Source: Octopus vulgaris
Taxonomy: Eukaryota
Length of the DNA stretch: 64,000 nt
Direction: 5' to 3'
Assembly (NCBI GenBank): GCA_951406725.2
Contig: OX597825.1
Location: forward strand, 47,368,001-47,432,000
In this document: in pieces, positions 1 through 13,499 of the stretch
Layout: every line of letters starts with the position of its first letter
Numbering within the stretch: position 1 is the first letter of the stretch
Notes under the pieces: model-generated
What the model saw: only the letters and a program-made list of their open reading frames with translations
The model's database searches: none
What the model was told of the DNA's origin: nothing
Translations under genes and position numbers: made by a program

Positions 1-668
1 GATATAAGTTTACGCTGGGAGATAAGGACTTAACGATCAAACGTGTGCCATTGCATTGTTTTGGGGGAACCAAATTTCTGATGAGCATTATAGGGGCACC
101 AACTTTAAGTTTGAGAATGTGTGGTGGTAGTCCGGGGGGCTCAAAGGAATTGAGTACCTCTATTGGATAGTTGATGACGTCCTCTGGGTCAGGAGTTGTA
201 TCGATAGACTGATATACATAGACTTCCCCAGGAATGAGATTTAGCATTTCATCATTAATATGGTGAACAGTTTTATTCCTCGGGGCCAGTATAGCCTTTT
301 TGCCAATCCAATCCATATTCTGATAATTAGCTTGTAGATCTTGGAACACTGCATCAGAAGGCGTCTTAACAATGGTACAAATGGAATCGATGGCAATATT
401 ACCATTTTCATCCCCTGGTATTTTGCCTTCGCCAAGTGCAATGAGGGTGTGAGGAAATGCTGCTGATGTGATATTACGTCGCATATGAGCACGCATATTG
501 GTGTGAAGTTTGAGAGTTACTTCCCTTAATTTTAAAAAATGCATTAAAATGGGAAAAAATGATGGTAAATTATTTGTAAAATCGGTTTTGGTTAAACTGC
601 ATCGCAAAATGTGGGAGTAGTTAGGAATCTAAATCGGAGTAGACAGACACACAACCTTTCTTTTATAT
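1..668 (-). mobile_element. Helitron deletion derivative with a PIF1 helicase fragment (1-516) joined to a non-autonomous Helitron 5' module; runs off the left edge
   Basis: 1-516 is nearly identical to 6916-7443 (PIF1 region). About 517-668 matches the 2129-2505 element (…gttaaactgcatcgcaaaatgtgggagtagtt…agacagacacacaac). Confidence 0.8.
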
Positions 669-689
669 ATATATGCCATATATATATAT

Positions 690-2066
690 GGCAGGGACTG
701 TCTAACACAGCTCTTACACCACATTGAAGATGTACTCAAAGCCTTGGGAACAGGTTCGAACTCTGATGTCATATATCTTGACTTCAGTAAAGCGTTCGAC
801 AGGGTAGACCATAATATCCTACTCTCAAAATTGGCAAATGTTGGAATCCGTGGAAAAGTTCTACACTGGATCAAGTATTTCCTGGCGAATAGAACACAAC
901 ATGTTGTAGTTGATGGAGTCCACTCAAGCCCAGCCAAAGTCACCAGCGGTGTCCCCAGGGGACTGTCTTGGGTCCGCTACTCTTCATAATCTACATAAAC
1001 GACCTTTCCAGTGTCGTACATTACTGCAAAGTGAAAATATTTGCTGATGACACTAAGCTCCAGCAAATCGTCAATGAAGAAGCAGACCGAACTCAACTCC
1101 AGTCTGATCTATATGCTGTGAGTCAATGGGCAGACAGAAACAAAATGCAACTGAACGAGGGAAAATTTGAGCTGATGCATTTTGGAAGAAACTCCTCACT
1201 AAAACAGCCATACTCTCTTCCTTCAGGGGAACCGCTCACAGCCTCTAACAATATCAGAGACCTGGGTGTAATTGTTGATGACGATCTCAGTTGGAGTGCA
1301 CACATCAACAAGAAGGTCGATATAGCTCGTAGGATGAGTTCTTGGATCTTAAGAACTTTCCGGTCCAGAGAACAAGGTGTCATCATACCACTTTTTTCCT
1401 CCTTTGTACGGCCACACCTTGAATACTGCTGCTCACTGTGGTCTCCTCACACAAGACAAAACATCTCCAGAATTGAGTCACCCCAGAGGGCACTCACTAA
1501 ACGCATTGAAGGCATGGCTGCTCTCGATTATTGGGATCGCCTTAAAGCCTTGAAACTTTACTCCCTCCAGCGTCGCCGTGAGCGGTACATCATTTGTACG
1601 ATGTGGAAAATATACCGCCAACTTTGCCCAAACGACCTAAACATTAGCTTCAAGGTTCATCCAAGACTTGGACCACGGGCTATACGTCCCCTGCCCAATT
1701 CAAGATCACAACATACATGTACACTGCAACATAATTTCTTTTCCTCAACAGGCCCTGCCCTATTTAACATTGTCCCGAGAGAGATCAAAGAGGAAAAGGA
1801 TCCCATCAACTTTAAACAGAGTCTGGATAGATTCCTTCAAAGAATACCAGATAAGCCACCCATAATTGGATACAACTCACCCAACAAGAACTCACTACTT
1901 GAACAAAACTGGATACAACTCACCCAACAAGAACTCACTACTTGAACAAAACTAGACTTAAACAAAACTTGACTTAAACAGGATTCGAATAATCCTATCA
2001 GGTGGTGCTATTAAGTTAGACATGGCCTGGACCAATCTTTGGTCGAAACATATCTAAGTTTATCTA
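690..2066 (+). mobile_element. 5'-truncated CR1/L2-group LINE (reverse transcriptase, frameshift near 960)
   Basis: ORFs 744-989 (YLDFSKAFDRVDH, SGVP) and 968-1945 (LGPLLF, FADDTK, DLGV, VRPHLEY, LYSLQRRRER). A 43-bp tandem duplication lies at 1868-1953. The 3' stem-loop tail ends in (tctaagtt)n. Flanked by TA repeats. Confidence 0.92.
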
Positions 2067-2076
2067 AGTCTAAGTT

Positions 2077-2128
<52 letters not shown>

Positions 2129-2129
<1 letters not shown>

Positions 2130-2505
2130 TAGCAGTATCGCCCGGCGTTGCTCGGGTTGTAAGGGAAATAACTATATAAGCATTTTTAGAGAGTTATAGC
2201 CAAAAAATAGCAAAGAAATGCATTAAAAATTGAAAAAAAATTAAGGTAATTTTTTTTTTAAATCGTTGACACATCGTAGATATTTTTATATAAAAGCGAA
2301 AAAAATGCATTAAAATGGAAAAATATGATGGTAAATTTTTTTAAATCGTAGACTCATCGTAGACGCGCGCTAATACCCAGAAGGGCTCGATATGAATCAC
2401 GACTATAAGATACCCGGTTTTGGTTAAACTGCACCGCAAAATGTGGGAGTAGTTACGAATCTAAATCGTAGGAGACAGACACACAACTTCACTCTTATAT
2501 AAAGA
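2129..2505 (-). mobile_element. Non-autonomous Helitron (about 377 bp)
   Basis: The minus strand begins A|TCTTTATATAAG (5' TC) and ends with hairpin cccgagcaacgccggg, a short spacer, then CTAG|T. This is the canonical Helitron terminus pair in an AT target. Confidence 0.85.
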
Positions 2506-2509
2506 TGCT

Positions 2510-2833
2510 TTTTTTTCAGTCATAGAGTTAGATTTATGAAGGTCTTCAGTAGAAAATCCTTCGAATTCTGACTCGCTGCTTGATATAATGAAATTCGTAT
2601 CCATTTTTTGTCAGAATTACAAATTTTGAAAACACAATAGGAACAAATTTCGGAAAAAAATCTCCCATAATTCACGGAATTGAAATTACACTTCGATTTT
2701 TGTACAAAACTGTAGTTGAAGTGTTTACGAAGTATAATACGTGTTTTCACGAATGTACTAAAGAGATTTACTCTGATATTCTCATTTAAATATGAATAGG
2801 TAAATTCGGGCGGTTTGGTAACGAAAGGGTTAA
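2510..2833. mobile_element. Possible piggyBac-type DNA transposon/MITE end
   Basis: Ends in …acgaaaggg|TTAA (TTAA-CCCTT on the minus strand). The partner end was not found. Confidence 0.3.
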
Positions 2834-3229
2834 ACGGATGCATACATTTATTAATCTCTTATTATAATAACTATATATAAGTGTCGTCTGTTTATACATA
2901 AACACTGTTTCATACTGCAATTATATATACATATATCTATATATAATATTATATAATAAAATATATACAGAGTAAAATAAAAACCAATTTACCTTTTCTG
3001 TATTGTTATAGCAATTCCACCGTCCGTGTGTCTTTGCAAATGTGTTGGAATGATAAGTGAGTTGTGTTTTGGCGCCTTTTTTACTAATAACAAACACACA
3101 CGTGTTTGTATGTAGTTGTTTGAAACGTTTGTGTTTGCCACTCTCATATATGTATGTGTATGCGTGTGTGTGAGGAATGACACACACACACTCACGCACG
3201 CACACATGTACATCAATGCTTTCGGAGTG

Positions 3230-3722
3230 AAATGTTAAAATATTGAGTTTTCTCGAATTTTGTCTTAATTGGTGGTAAAATTGAAAGAAATTTTTTATGG
3301 CATCACCCACTGAAGTACTGTGAAAAATCATGGGTACACTCTAATTGAAGAAATTGTGTGAGGAGTAAATCGTTATGTATTTATTTGTTTCTGTTTGCTG
3401 TGTTTTTTTATTTTTTGAGTAGTGGTTTAAATACTTTCAGTTTAGTCTTCCTCAAATCACTCTGTCGCTATTTACTTTCATTTTATTCGTTGCACACTGT
3501 GTGTGTGCGTCTGCGTGTGGTGTAAACCACATTTGACATACACACCAAGCATTTGACATACACACCAGAATGTGAGTTTTCTGTAAATGTTGCTTAATTG
3601 GAGTTTAAATTTTAAAAACTGGACCTTAAAAATACTAGGTAAATTGTAATTGAAGAAATCCTATATTGTAGATTTCTATAAGTTACAAAGGGAGGCAGAT
3701 AAAATCTGCCTTTTAATAAGAG

Positions 3723-3723
<1 letters not shown>
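3230..3723 (-). mobile_element. Helitron 5' module (same family as the 5' end of 6823-9207)
   Basis: Minus strand reads A|TCTCTTATTAAAAGGCAGATTTTATCTGCCTCC (5' TC plus subterminal hairpin). 3230-3350 and 3570-3723 resemble 9010-9207. Confidence 0.65.
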
Positions 3724-3809
<86 letters not shown>

Positions 3810-3827
3810 CATATATATATTTATACA

Positions 3828-4040
3828 CGCCCAGTGGTTAGGGCAGCGGACTTGCGGTCGGAGGATCGCGGTTTCGATTCCCAGACCGGGCGTTGTGTGT
3901 GTTTATTGAGCGAAAACACCTAAAAGCTCCACGAGGCTCCGGCAGGGGATGGTGGTGATCCCTGCTGTACTCTTTCACCACTCTAAAGGCGGTGCTCCAG
4001 CATGGCCGCGGTCGAATGACTGAAACAAGTACAAAAAAAA

Positions 4041-4057
<17 letters not shown>
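3828..4057 (+). mobile_element. Short tRNA-derived SINE with LINE-like 3' tail and poly(A)
   Basis: Pol III A-box-like cccagtggttagg and B-box ggtttcgattccc. Tail is ggcggtgctccagcatggccgcggtcgaatgactgaaac followed by an A-run. Confidence 0.8.
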
Positions 4058-4074
<17 letters not shown>

Positions 4075-4076
4075 TT

Positions 4077-4112
<36 letters not shown>

Positions 4113-4150
4113 TATATTTATACATATATATATATATATATATATATATT

Positions 4151-4223
<73 letters not shown>

Positions 4224-4311
4224 TATGGCGTATAACTCCAAACTTACAGGGGAAAATTCAATTTAGTATTACATTAAATTTCACAATATAAATATATCAT
4301 ACCAATTGTTT

Positions 4312-4367
4312 TAATAACTGATGACGATGTCCTTTAATCCCGGCATCTGAAACCCTGAGTATTATTA
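4312..4367 (+). ncRNA. Type I hammerhead ribozyme
   Basis: taataa-CTGATGA-c-gatgtc…ggcatc-t-GAAA-ccctgag-TA-ttatta: helix I taataa/ttatta, helix II gatgtc/ggcatc, minimal helix III, GUA cleavage triplet. Confidence 0.75.
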
Positions 4368-4398
4368 TGACATCTAACCGATTATCCTATATATTATA

Positions 4399-4541
<143 letters not shown>

Positions 4542-4542
4542 T

Positions 4543-4945
4543 CAGGAGTGGCTGAGTGGTAAGTAGCTTGCTAACCAACCACATGGTTCCTGGTTCAGTC
4601 CCACTGCGTGGCATCTTGGGCAAGTGTCTTCTGCTATAGCCCCGGGCCGACCAATGCCTTGTGAGTGGATTTGGTAGACGGAAACTGAAAGAAGCCTGTC
4701 GTATATATGTATGTATATATGTATGTGTGTGTGTCTGTGTTTGTCCCCCTAGCATTGCTTGACAACCGATGCTGGTGTGTTTATGTCCCCGTTACTTAGC
4801 GGTTCGGCAAAAGAGACTGATAGAATAAGTACTGGGCTTACAAAAAGAATATGTCCCGGGGTCGAGTTGCTCGATTAAAGACGGTGCTCCAGCATGGCCG
4901 CAGTCAAATGACTGAAACAAGAAAAAGTAAAGTAAAGTAAGTAAG
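4543..4945 (+). mobile_element. tRNA-derived SINE (octopus OK/OR-like family)
   Basis: Head ggagtggctgagtggtaag…ggttcagtccc, body gtgagtggatttggtagacggaaactgaaagaagc, tail cggtgctccagcatggccgcagtcaaatgactgaaac with (aaagt)n. Many copies in the window. Confidence 0.88.
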
Positions 4946-5055
4946 TATATATATAAATATATAATATTATGGCGTATAACTCCAAACTTACAGGGAAAAA
5001 TTCAATTTAGTATTAAATTAAATTTCACAATATAAATATATCATACCAATTGTTT

Positions 5056-5111
5056 TAATAACTGATGACGATGTCCTTTAGTCCCGGCACCTGAAACCCT
5101 GAGTATTATTA
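5056..5111 (+). ncRNA. Type I hammerhead ribozyme (second copy)
   Basis: Same core as 4312-4367 with one helix II mismatch. Confidence 0.7.
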
Positions 5112-5136
5112 TGACATCTAACTGATTATCCTATAT

Positions 5137-5276
<140 letters not shown>

Positions 5277-5354
5277 ATATTATGGCGTATAACTCCAAAC
5301 TCACAGGGGAAAATTCAATTTAGTATTAAATTAAATTTCACAATATAAATATAT

Positions 5355-5756
5355 AGGCGTTGGAGTGGCTCTGTGGTAAGTAGCTTGCTTACGAACCACA
5401 TGGTTCCGAGTTCACTCCCACTGCGTGGCACCTTGGACAAGTGTCTTCTACTATAGCCTCGGGCCGACCAAAGCCTTGTGAGTGGATTTGGTAGACGGAA
5501 ACTGAAAGAAGCCCGTCGTATATATGTATATATATATATGTTTATGTGTTGTGTTTGTCCCCCTCGCATCGCTTGACAACCGATGCTAGTGTGTTTACGT
5601 TCCTGTAACTTAGCGGTTCGGCAAAAGAGACCGATAGAATAAGTACTAGGCTTACAAAGAATAAGTCCTGGGGTCGATTTCCTCGACTAAAGACGGTGCT
5701 CCAGCATGGCCACAGTCAAATGCCTGAAACAAGTAAATGAGTATGAGTAATGAGTG
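5355..5756 (+). mobile_element. tRNA-derived SINE (same family as 4543)
   Basis: Colinear head, body and tail. Confidence 0.88.
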
Positions 5757-6703
5757 TAATATAATATATATAAATTTGAGAAAAACCAATATTGTGCAAT
5801 TCAAACATAAACGAAATCATAAATAAAAAATAAAATTTATTTTAAAACATATAACTAGATCACAAAAAGTATAATGAATAAACAATATATAATAAGAAAA
5901 AAAACCAAGTATGCTTCATGCTATAATATAAATTCGAATTACAATTAAATTTAAATTTATTGGGAAAACAATTCAATTTAAAATTATAGTCACTCCTTAG
6001 GTTAACAATAATAACAATAATAGTTAAATAAGTAAGCGAATAGAATTAAACAATATTTCCTAATGAGATAAAATCAGGATTTTTCTTATAGAAGAAACTC
6101 CTTTAACTAAATTTGAAACTTAAAACATCAGGACTAATTGTCTACAATACATTTTATCATGTTAAATATTTAAGGTAAGAAAAGAGTAATTAGATAGAAA
6201 AATGTATTTATCTGTGAAGATATAACTTTAATAAAAACATTAATAAACTATAAAATATCTTTATCCTAGCTATACTCTAATATTTAATTACCAAACTATT
6301 TTACAAAACAATCACACCTAAAATTTTTAGATTTTAGTTCACATATAATAATTATAAAATAATAAAATTATAAAATTATATAAAAGTACGTATCTAAATT
6401 ATAATCAACAAGTATAGCAATTAGAAATACATATTTTTTCAATCAATAAACATATGAATAAATAAATAAATAAATTACTCCATTATTACTTAAATAAATA
6501 TAGATATCATTCCGAAAATATTTATTTTAGTACTTTTAGTAATTGTTACATTTCTAAGTGAAAGCATTCTCCATCATAGTACATTATATATATATATAAA
6601 ATTAATCCAAACATGAAAACACAAAGAGAAAACACAAGAACGCGAGGACGTGGAACAAGTATAGTGTTATTGGACGCTCAGGAAAGGAAAGGAAGGAGGA
6701 GGA

Positions 6704-6736
6704 TTTAACGTTTCGAGCAGAACTCTTCGTCAGAAA
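6704..6736 (-). ncRNA. Minimal type I hammerhead ribozyme within a short dispersed repeat (about 6600-6775)
   Basis: Minus strand: ttt-CTGACGA-a-gag ttctg ctc-GAAA-cg-TT-aaa. A palindromic AACGTT replaces helix III, as in PLE minimal HHRs. Confidence 0.72.
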
Positions 6737-6776
6737 CATAGGAAAAGGAAAGATCCAAGGAAGGGAACACGGAATA

Positions 6777-6822
<46 letters not shown>

Positions 6823-6823
<1 letters not shown>

Positions 6824-9207
6824 TAGCAGAATTGTCCGGCGATGCTCGGGGCTGAATTGCTTGAAAGTACTGTTAATGATTGCACTGAATTATGATGATT
6901 ATTGAAGCAAATATTGATATAAGTTTACGCTGGGAGATAAGGACTTAACGATCAAACGTGTGCCATTGCATTGTTTTGGGGGAACCAAATTTCTAATGAG
7001 CATTATAGGGGCACCAACTTTAAGTTTGAGAATGTGTGGTGGTAGTCCGGGGGGGGCTCAAAGGAATTGAGTACCTCTATTGGATAGTTGATGACGTCCT
7101 CTGGGTCAGGAGTTGTATCGATAAACTTATATACATAGACATCCCCAGGAATAAGTTTTAGCATTTCATCATTAATATAGTGAACAGTTTTATTCATCGG
7201 GGCCAGAATAGCCCTTTGGCCAATCCAATCCATATTCTGATAATTAGCTTGTAGATCTGGGAACACTGCATCTCTGAGATCAGAAGGCGTTTTAACAATG
7301 GTACAAATGGAATCGATGGCAATATTACCATTTTCATCCCCTGGTATTTTGCCTTTGCCAAGTGCAATGAGGGTGTGAGAAAATGCTGCTGATGTGATAT
7401 TATGTCGCATATGAGCACGCATATTGATGTGAAATTTGAGAGTCTTCACCAGTGGCCACAATGTGGATGACTTAAGACACGCACTTACTGCATCAGTTCT
7501 AGTTCCTTTGGGAATAACGGGAAGTGTTTGTCAGAAGTCCCCTGAAAGAAGAAGTGTTATGCCTCCCATGGGAGCTGAAGAGTGTTTGATGTCTCTGAGA
7601 GATCTATCTAGTGCCTCAAGAGCACCTCTGTGGGCCATCGTGCATTCATCCCAAACGATAAGCTTGCATCGTCTGAAGACTTCTGCCTGATCGGAGCTGT
7701 TACTGATGTTGCAAGTTGGTGTCTCAGTCTTCGCTAAGTCAAGCGGAAGCTTGAAAGTGAAGTGAGCTGTCCTGCCGCCTGGCAACAAAGTAGCCGCAAT
7801 TCCAGATGATGCCAGAGCTAGGGCAATGCCTTGTGTTCGCCTAATCTCAGCCAATATTAATTTGTTGAGAAAAGTTTTCCCAGTGCCCCCAGGAGCATCC
7901 AGGAAAAATATCCCCACAGCTTTGGCCGGGACTGAATTAACAACGGAGTTGTAAGCGAACTTCTGTTCTTTAAGGAGCTTTGGCTCATTGTCGGCTATGT
8001 ACTCGGCAAGCTCGTCAACATTAAAACATGTCTCACGCAGCAAATGTGAAGACAGAGTGTTTGTGCCTTCCCGGTTTGTTGAAGGTAGGCCATAGACCGG
8101 CAAGGCACTACCGCCCATATCAAGTACAGTATCTTCGAACGTAATTTGTTACCACACAGCCACACCTGCCCCTATGTATGTGTGTGTGTGTGTACGTGTG
8201 TGTGTATGGGTAGATATATTATGCATGTATATATGTGTATATATATATATATGTGTACATATTACATGTACATCTATATATATATATATACATCTACACA
8301 TAAAATACAAAATAGAAAGTTATATCTTGATATCGCTAGTGATAACAATACTCAAAATATATAACAGACTGGAATTGTAGGCCCGTCTCTTGCAATTTCG
8401 ATCAATTGGATCTTGTAGAGAAGTGTACGGCTGCAGCGAAATTCATTTTTGGACTTTCTTCTATCGAAGGCATTTTAACAAAAATGCTTCCGTAAAGACG
8501 GTGAAAATATTGTCAATTTCCCCAAACAGGGACACAATTCAATTTTAAAACAATAACCAAAGCCCCTTCTCCGAAAGGGGGAGGGTTACGGTTTACAATT
8601 ATTTCACAAATGCAACACAACAACGTTTCCCTGACGAGGAACCAACAAACGTGATTACAATAGTCAAACAGTAATAATAATAACAACAAACGTTTTTAAT
8701 GTATCCCCATTTATGTGAAACGACTTATTCAAGTTCAAGTCATTGATGCAATTTTATACGAATTGCTAATACACACACACATAATAAGGGTGAAAAATTG
8801 AATATTAATTTGATTAATATGAATTGAAATCCAGTGGTGTAGCATATAAGACCACAGCGGATCTTCTTCTAGCAAAAAGGATGACCAGTATTAATTGCTC
8901 ATCCCTTTTATATAAATACTTTCACTTTAATTGTTGCACACTTGCAAAGAGAAAGGAGGAGAATGTGTAGTGGTAATGGTAGGAGTGAAGCACTTGAAAT
9001 GAAAGAGGGAAATCGTAAAATATTGAGTTTTCTCGAATTTTTGCTTAATTGGGGGTGAAATTGAAAAAATTTTACATGCCACGACCCGATGGAATCTACT
9101 TCTAAAAATGATAGGTAAATTCCAATTGAAGAAATTCTATATTGTAGAATTGTATAAAAAACGAACGGTTTGGGAGGCAGAGAAAATCTGCCTTTTATCA
9201 TAAGAGA
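6823..9207 (-). mobile_element. Internally deleted Helitron carrying a PIF1 helicase remnant
   Basis: 3' end is hairpin ccgagcatcgccgg plus CTAG|T at 6823. 5' end is A|TCTCTTATGATAAAAGGCAGA…TCTGCCT at about 9207, with short local duplications out to 9226. Confidence 0.85.
7003..8118 (-). pseudogene. PIF1-family (Helitron RepHel) helicase pseudogene
   Basis: FFLDAPGGTGKT (Walker A), ASSGIAATLL, IVWDECTM, LLSGDF*Q, RAILAP, EVLNS. The two ORFs are in the same frame, split by a TGA at 7531-7533 in the GDFRQ motif, with a frameshift at the G-run near 7050. Confidence 0.92.
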
Positions 9208-10660
9208 TATCATAAGAGATAAGAGATATATACATACATGTATATATTGACATAATGTATATGTTTTTCATTTATTTTCGTTCGGTATGTTGCCACTGAT
9301 GATCGAAAAGGGTTTTAGGTAACTCAAACAGTGAAATGTAAAGATATGACATTATACAAATTATTTTATACCTCCTTGCTGTCTATTTTGCTCGCTTTCA
9401 ACCTTGTGTAATGGAGGAATAATCTAAGTGGTTCATAGACCATTTGGGGTCTATTTGTAGCAGACCGGTGTTGTAATCATTCAACAAACTTATTATAATT
9501 TTTATATATTTATATAAATATATACATAGAGACACACACGCACACACACACATACACACACAGATAAATATATAAGCATATATATATATATATAAAAGTA
9601 GGATCACATACGGTCGTATCGTGTAGGAGACACGTCGCACCTGTTCCTATTCTTACTGAAATATTACAGGCCATATAATACCTACAGCGGCAATAGAACA
9701 CAAGTGGAATGACAACAAGATTTCTTTTTGAGATCTATACAATATTTATTTTACATATTTTACAATCGTGCTGATGTTGGAAGTTTGTAAGTGTTAGCAT
9801 GTTTTTGTGTCTGTGTGTTCGTGAGGCATAAAAGGTACTGACTATAGAATTAACAATGGAATTTGGTTCTAGTTCATGTTGTTGGTATCAGCATAGCAAC
9901 AGGTAGTAGCAGATGGCTTAAGGTAGTTCTTAGAAGAACTAGAACTCAAGACAGATAATTGATTTACCGTTTATGAGGTACACGGAGTGTAAGAGTTCCA
10001 TATCAAGATGTTGTGTCTCGTAGTTGAGATTAATTGAATCACTTGTTGTGTTTATCTTTCTCTTGATATGAATATACTTCCAGATATATTAACCGTAGCC
10101 GTTTTTCCCGTGGTGAGATTTTCACCTAACCGCTAGAGTTGAATCTGTAGTTGTCTCGTGTACAAATTAAATCTTCGTAGATAAAGACGATGTTGGCGAT
10201 GACGTCATGTCTGTCGCTTGGTTTTTGCAGCGTCTTCATTATATGTTCTGCTTGGTTATTTTTCTCTTGATATAATGGTGGTCGCCTGCCTTTCGAACTG
10301 GAACATGGTCGAGTATGCTCTGTGTGGTCAGAGGTTAACCCTGAGAAGGACTAGAACCAAAGACGAGAGGTGTTTGAAAACCTTCTTTATATAAGGTTCA
10401 TGTGGCTCAAACGAACTTCAGAAATGAAAAGCTGTGATTGGCTGCTTGGAACAAACGGCGCGAAAATAAGCGGAGGCAACTCGCGTCACGTGACAACCAG
10501 CGGTGCGAACATAGTAGAGACCACTCGTGTCACATGTCAACCAATCAACTTAGGGGTTACAACAACGTTGAACTAGCCAAAGATGTTTGTAATCTCGAAC
10601 GAGATTATTCTTAATACTCTTCTCAAACAGTGAAGATAGCAATGAGGGAAACGATATTGC

Positions 10661-10721
<61 letters not shown>

Positions 10722-10755
10722 GTATGTATATATATATATGTATGTGTGTGTGTGC

Positions 10756-10795
<40 letters not shown>

Positions 10796-10796
10796 T

Positions 10797-11720
10797 ACAA
10801 ACTAAAATGTTTCAATGTTAATAAATTAAAATGCTTCAATGTATTATCATGTTCAAAACAGAAGGTCTAAGTTTGAAATTAAAACTGTACATTAATTTGT
10901 TAGAATGTACAAGGTTCATTAATTTCAGTGGTGGTCAACAAGCCATACTGGAAAAAACAAGTGTGGGAATTAAAATAGTAAAAATAGTAAATTTGGTTTA
11001 CGGTTTCTCAGACCTTCTTTAAACAGTCGCTTTCGCTTGTAATGGTATGTTTAGGGAAAGATGTATTTATAAATTTTTTCTGCGAGCGGATCTGATTTTG
11101 ATTCGTTAAAAAATCTATGACATTTTTCTTCCGTGGTCAAGCTTGTCGTTCTGCTTGGTTGATTTACTTGCAGATACGGTTATAGGTCGTTCCGGCTGGT
11201 TGGTTCTCTTAAAGGGTCTTTTCGTTTGGTTTTGATTGGTTTGAAATTATGTGACGTAAGTAACTGGTGTTTGTGGAATGTAATTGGACTGGAAGTGGGT
11301 GACGTCAGCATCTTGTGTTTGTGTGGTGATTTGGAGCTGCGGTTTCGAAACCCGGGTGGGAGATTGTCACTAAAATTTTATTGTTTTTTTGTGTGTTGAA
11401 ATTGGGTGTTTTTCTCTTCTTTATACTACTTTTTCTTCTTTCTAAAGGATATTTAGCTGTGGTTTATATTTTTTAAAACAGTATGTTTTCCTTATTTTAA
11501 ACGGAGTTGCGTTGAAGTGTTTCCAGTGCATTGATAGAGAGGGAAGATTTGGTATTTAGGGTTTTTGTCTATGGGGCATTGGTCTAGGTGCTGGTTAATG
11601 GGAATTTTCCAAGTGATGGGGCCCCGGATTTGTTGTCTTTGCACCGTAAGTCTATCCCTCAAAGTTAAGCTTGTTTAACCAATGTAGTCTCCACCACAAC
11701 CTCCACATTTAAGAATATAG
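10797..11720 (-). mobile_element. Penelope-like element 3' fragment (GIY-YIG C-terminus and 3' region)
   Basis: Translates as CGGCGGDYIG*TSLTLRDRLTV. Colinear with 53690-54700. Confidence 0.8.
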
Positions 11721-11836
11721 ATGCACATACTCAACCTTCTATAATATACATCTATACACTGAAACGCACAGACGCATGTACATAGTTGTATATATGTATA
11801 CATGTACGGGCGGGACATAAATATATATACAACTTC

Positions 11837-11867
<31 letters not shown>

Positions 11868-12195
11868 CGTGTGTGTGTGTGCGCGCGCATGTGTGTGTGT
11901 GTGAGTGTATGTATGTGTGTATGTATGAGTGTATGTGTACGCACACAAGCACGCGCACAAAGTCCTCTGATGTATGCATAAACAGGTCAATTGTTACAGA
12001 CGAAATAAAGAGAAAATAAACATTAAGCCTGGGGAGGAGGATGAGAACATTGGAGAAGATAAGGAAAGGGAAGCAGAAAAGTAGCGAGAGAAGGGAGAAA
12101 AATATAGGAACATCGAGCACTACGTAAAGACGCTAGCAAGTAGCAAGCAGAAAATAGATCCTTCATAAATTATGCGCAACGAATGCGCACATAAA

Positions 12196-12274
<79 letters not shown>

Positions 12275-12565
12275 TTGTATAGATATACATACAAATACAC
12301 ATTTATAAGTACGTATATATATATATATATATATATACTAAATAATTAGGGTTCAGCAAAGATTTGCTTTACCACATGCCGAAGCTTAGAAATAGCAGCC
12401 GAAACACGTTAGCTTTTTTCATGCCGAATTCTACTTCGTGAAATTATTGATTACTTCTTAATTAATTAATTTTACACTTTGTTATTACTATACGCAAATA
12501 CATGCTCACATAAATATAAATATGGACACGTATACATAAACATCTATGTATTTTACATACATACC

Positions 12566-12796
12566 TATTTCTTTATTACCCACAAGAGGCTAAACACAGA
12601 GGGGACAAACAAGGACAGACATAGGTATTAAGTCGATTACATCGACCCCAGTGCGTAACTGGTACTTAATTTATCGACCCCGAAAGGATGAAAGGCAAAG
12701 TCGACCTCGGCGGAATTCGAACTCACAACGTAACGCAGACGAAATACCGCTAAGCATTTCGCCCGGCGTGCTAACGTTTCTGCCAGCTCGCCGCCT
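12566..12796 (-). mobile_element. tRNA-derived SINE, second family (MetaSINE-like central domain)
   Basis: Minus-strand head ggcggcgagctggcagaaacgttagc…gagttcgaattcc, core gtcgactttgcctttcatcctttcggggtcgataaa, tail ttgtcccctctgtgtttagcctcttgtgggtaataaagaaa. Confidence 0.8.
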
Positions 12797-13499
12797 GCTT
12801 TACATACATACCCGTATACTTACACACATGCACATACATACCCGTTTACTTACACACATGCACGTGTACACGTACGCATACATGTAAATGCATACAAATA
12901 CATATCTACGCTCACATACAGGTAAATACATAAATGTACATACCTGTATATGCATACACCAGCAGATTTTGTTCTTCTCGGATTTCGGGCTTCATCCATC
13001 CGATTGCGCTCAAATTTAATATGTAGATACTGAGGGTATCAGGGCGAGTATTAGTCTTGAAAAATTTACAAAAATCGATTCCAAGTGAGAATGCGATCGA
13101 TTAAGCCGTGGGAAATCATTTTGGTTTGGTTGCACAATTGACTATATGGCGCTGATAGGAGTTGCCTCCCTTAACACCAAGCATACATATTTCATACAGA
13201 GTCGATCATTTTTCTTTCTTTTTCTTTTTCAACTACTGTTGAGTGCCAAACAAATTTGCCAAACTCAATTTAGTTACCTCTTCTGCACCTTCCATTTTTT
13301 GTTGTCTTTGTACTGCTTACAGGCACGTTTCTTTCCTGCCAAGCTTACTGTTTAAAATAAAATAGTTTTTCTTTGGAATAGAAAAAAATCTATCTTTATT
13401 TCTTCCTTTGCTGGTGTCTCAAATTTAGGTTAAATTAGTGTTTCGCAAAGGGGAAGCATATGGGACGGTCGGACAAGTTGTTTTGAGAAAATTTGGTTT

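Noticed and set aside
3828-3892. tRNA-like sequence (also about 57330-57397 and 12710-12796)
   Set aside because: These are SINE heads continuous with SINE bodies and do not form a complete cloverleaf.
7003-8118. Host PIF1 helicase gene
   Set aside because: Intronless, disrupted, duplicated at 1-516 and enclosed by Helitron termini.
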